A stretch of 64,000 nt of DNA, taken from the NCBI GenBank assembly GCA_002104905.1, contig MCFE01000047.1, positions 133,528 to 197,527 on the forward strand. Reading direction: 5' to 3'. The notes under the pieces were generated by a model that worked only from the letters and a program-made list of their open reading frames with translations, was not told where the DNA came from and did no database searches. Position numbers and translations under genes: made by a program. Shown piece by piece: positions 63,775-64,000 of this stretch. This stretch comes from Basidiobolus meristosporus CBS 931.73. Taxonomy: Eukaryota > Fungi > Basidiobolomycota. The first letter of the stretch is position 1. Each line of letters starts with the position of its first letter.

Positions 63775-64000
63775 TTAGGGTTAGGGTTAGGGTTAGGGTT
63801 AGGGTTAGGGTTAGGGTTAGGGTTAGGGTTAGGGTTAGGGTTAGGGTTAGGGTTAGGGTTAGGGTTAGGGTTAGGGTTAGGGTTAGGGTTAGGGTTAGGG
63901 TTAGGGTTAGGGTTAGGGTTAGGGTTAGGGTTAGGGTTAGGGTTAGGGTTAGGGTTAGGGTTAGGGTTAGGGTTAGGGTTAGGGTTAGGGTTAGGTTAGG
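63775..64000 (+). repeat. Telomere: (TTAGGG)36 + TTAGG TTAGG
   Basis: Perfect TTAGGG array at the end of the window with the G-rich strand running toward the end. Confidence 0.98.

Noticed and set aside
63991-64000. Two TTAGG variant repeats at the very end
   Set aside because: They are the last 10 bases of the sequence, where consensus quality is typically poorest; this is not evidence for a variant telomere repeat.

Overview
Right-hand end of a fungal chromosome. An early-diverging, non-Dikarya lineage is plausible from gene content, but this is inference. Positions 1-56.3 kb are compact and intron-rich, with about 28 genes. Recognisable ones are MCM5, CCT4, COX20, RPL12, RPL27, FAL1/eIF4A3, PSD1, GIS2, OST2, ATP15, HSP20, a Pcl-type cyclin, a myosin-motor chitin synthase, GSH1, ADE2, a bacterial-type PRTase, an M17 aminopeptidase, PAN6, GLC3, two arrestins, PRP3 and VPS4. 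At about 56.6 kb the DNA abruptly becomes CpG-poor. It then carries a decayed relic, a 5'-truncated Ty1/copia element (3' LTR 57873-58221) and LTR-like fragments. After these come two head-to-tail, 5'-truncated copies of a LINE-type retroelement (62108-63056 and 63057-63774, about 99% identical), and then the telomere, (TTAGGG)36 plus two TTAGG. Each retroelement copy ends in CCCCCCCTAA, which is complementary to the telomere repeat, has its 5' end toward the chromosome tip, and shows no recognisable C-terminal endonuclease. This is the best candidate for an undescribed system: a telomere-capping or end-healing retrotransposon. The second highlight is an AT-AC intron in RPL27 with a U12-like branch site but a non-consensus donor. 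Other items are a GC-AG intron in MCM5, a +1 frameshift in the chitin synthase motor domain, and a ROCK/DMPK-like kinase tail. Exon structures and counts were worked out by hand; no database searches were run.
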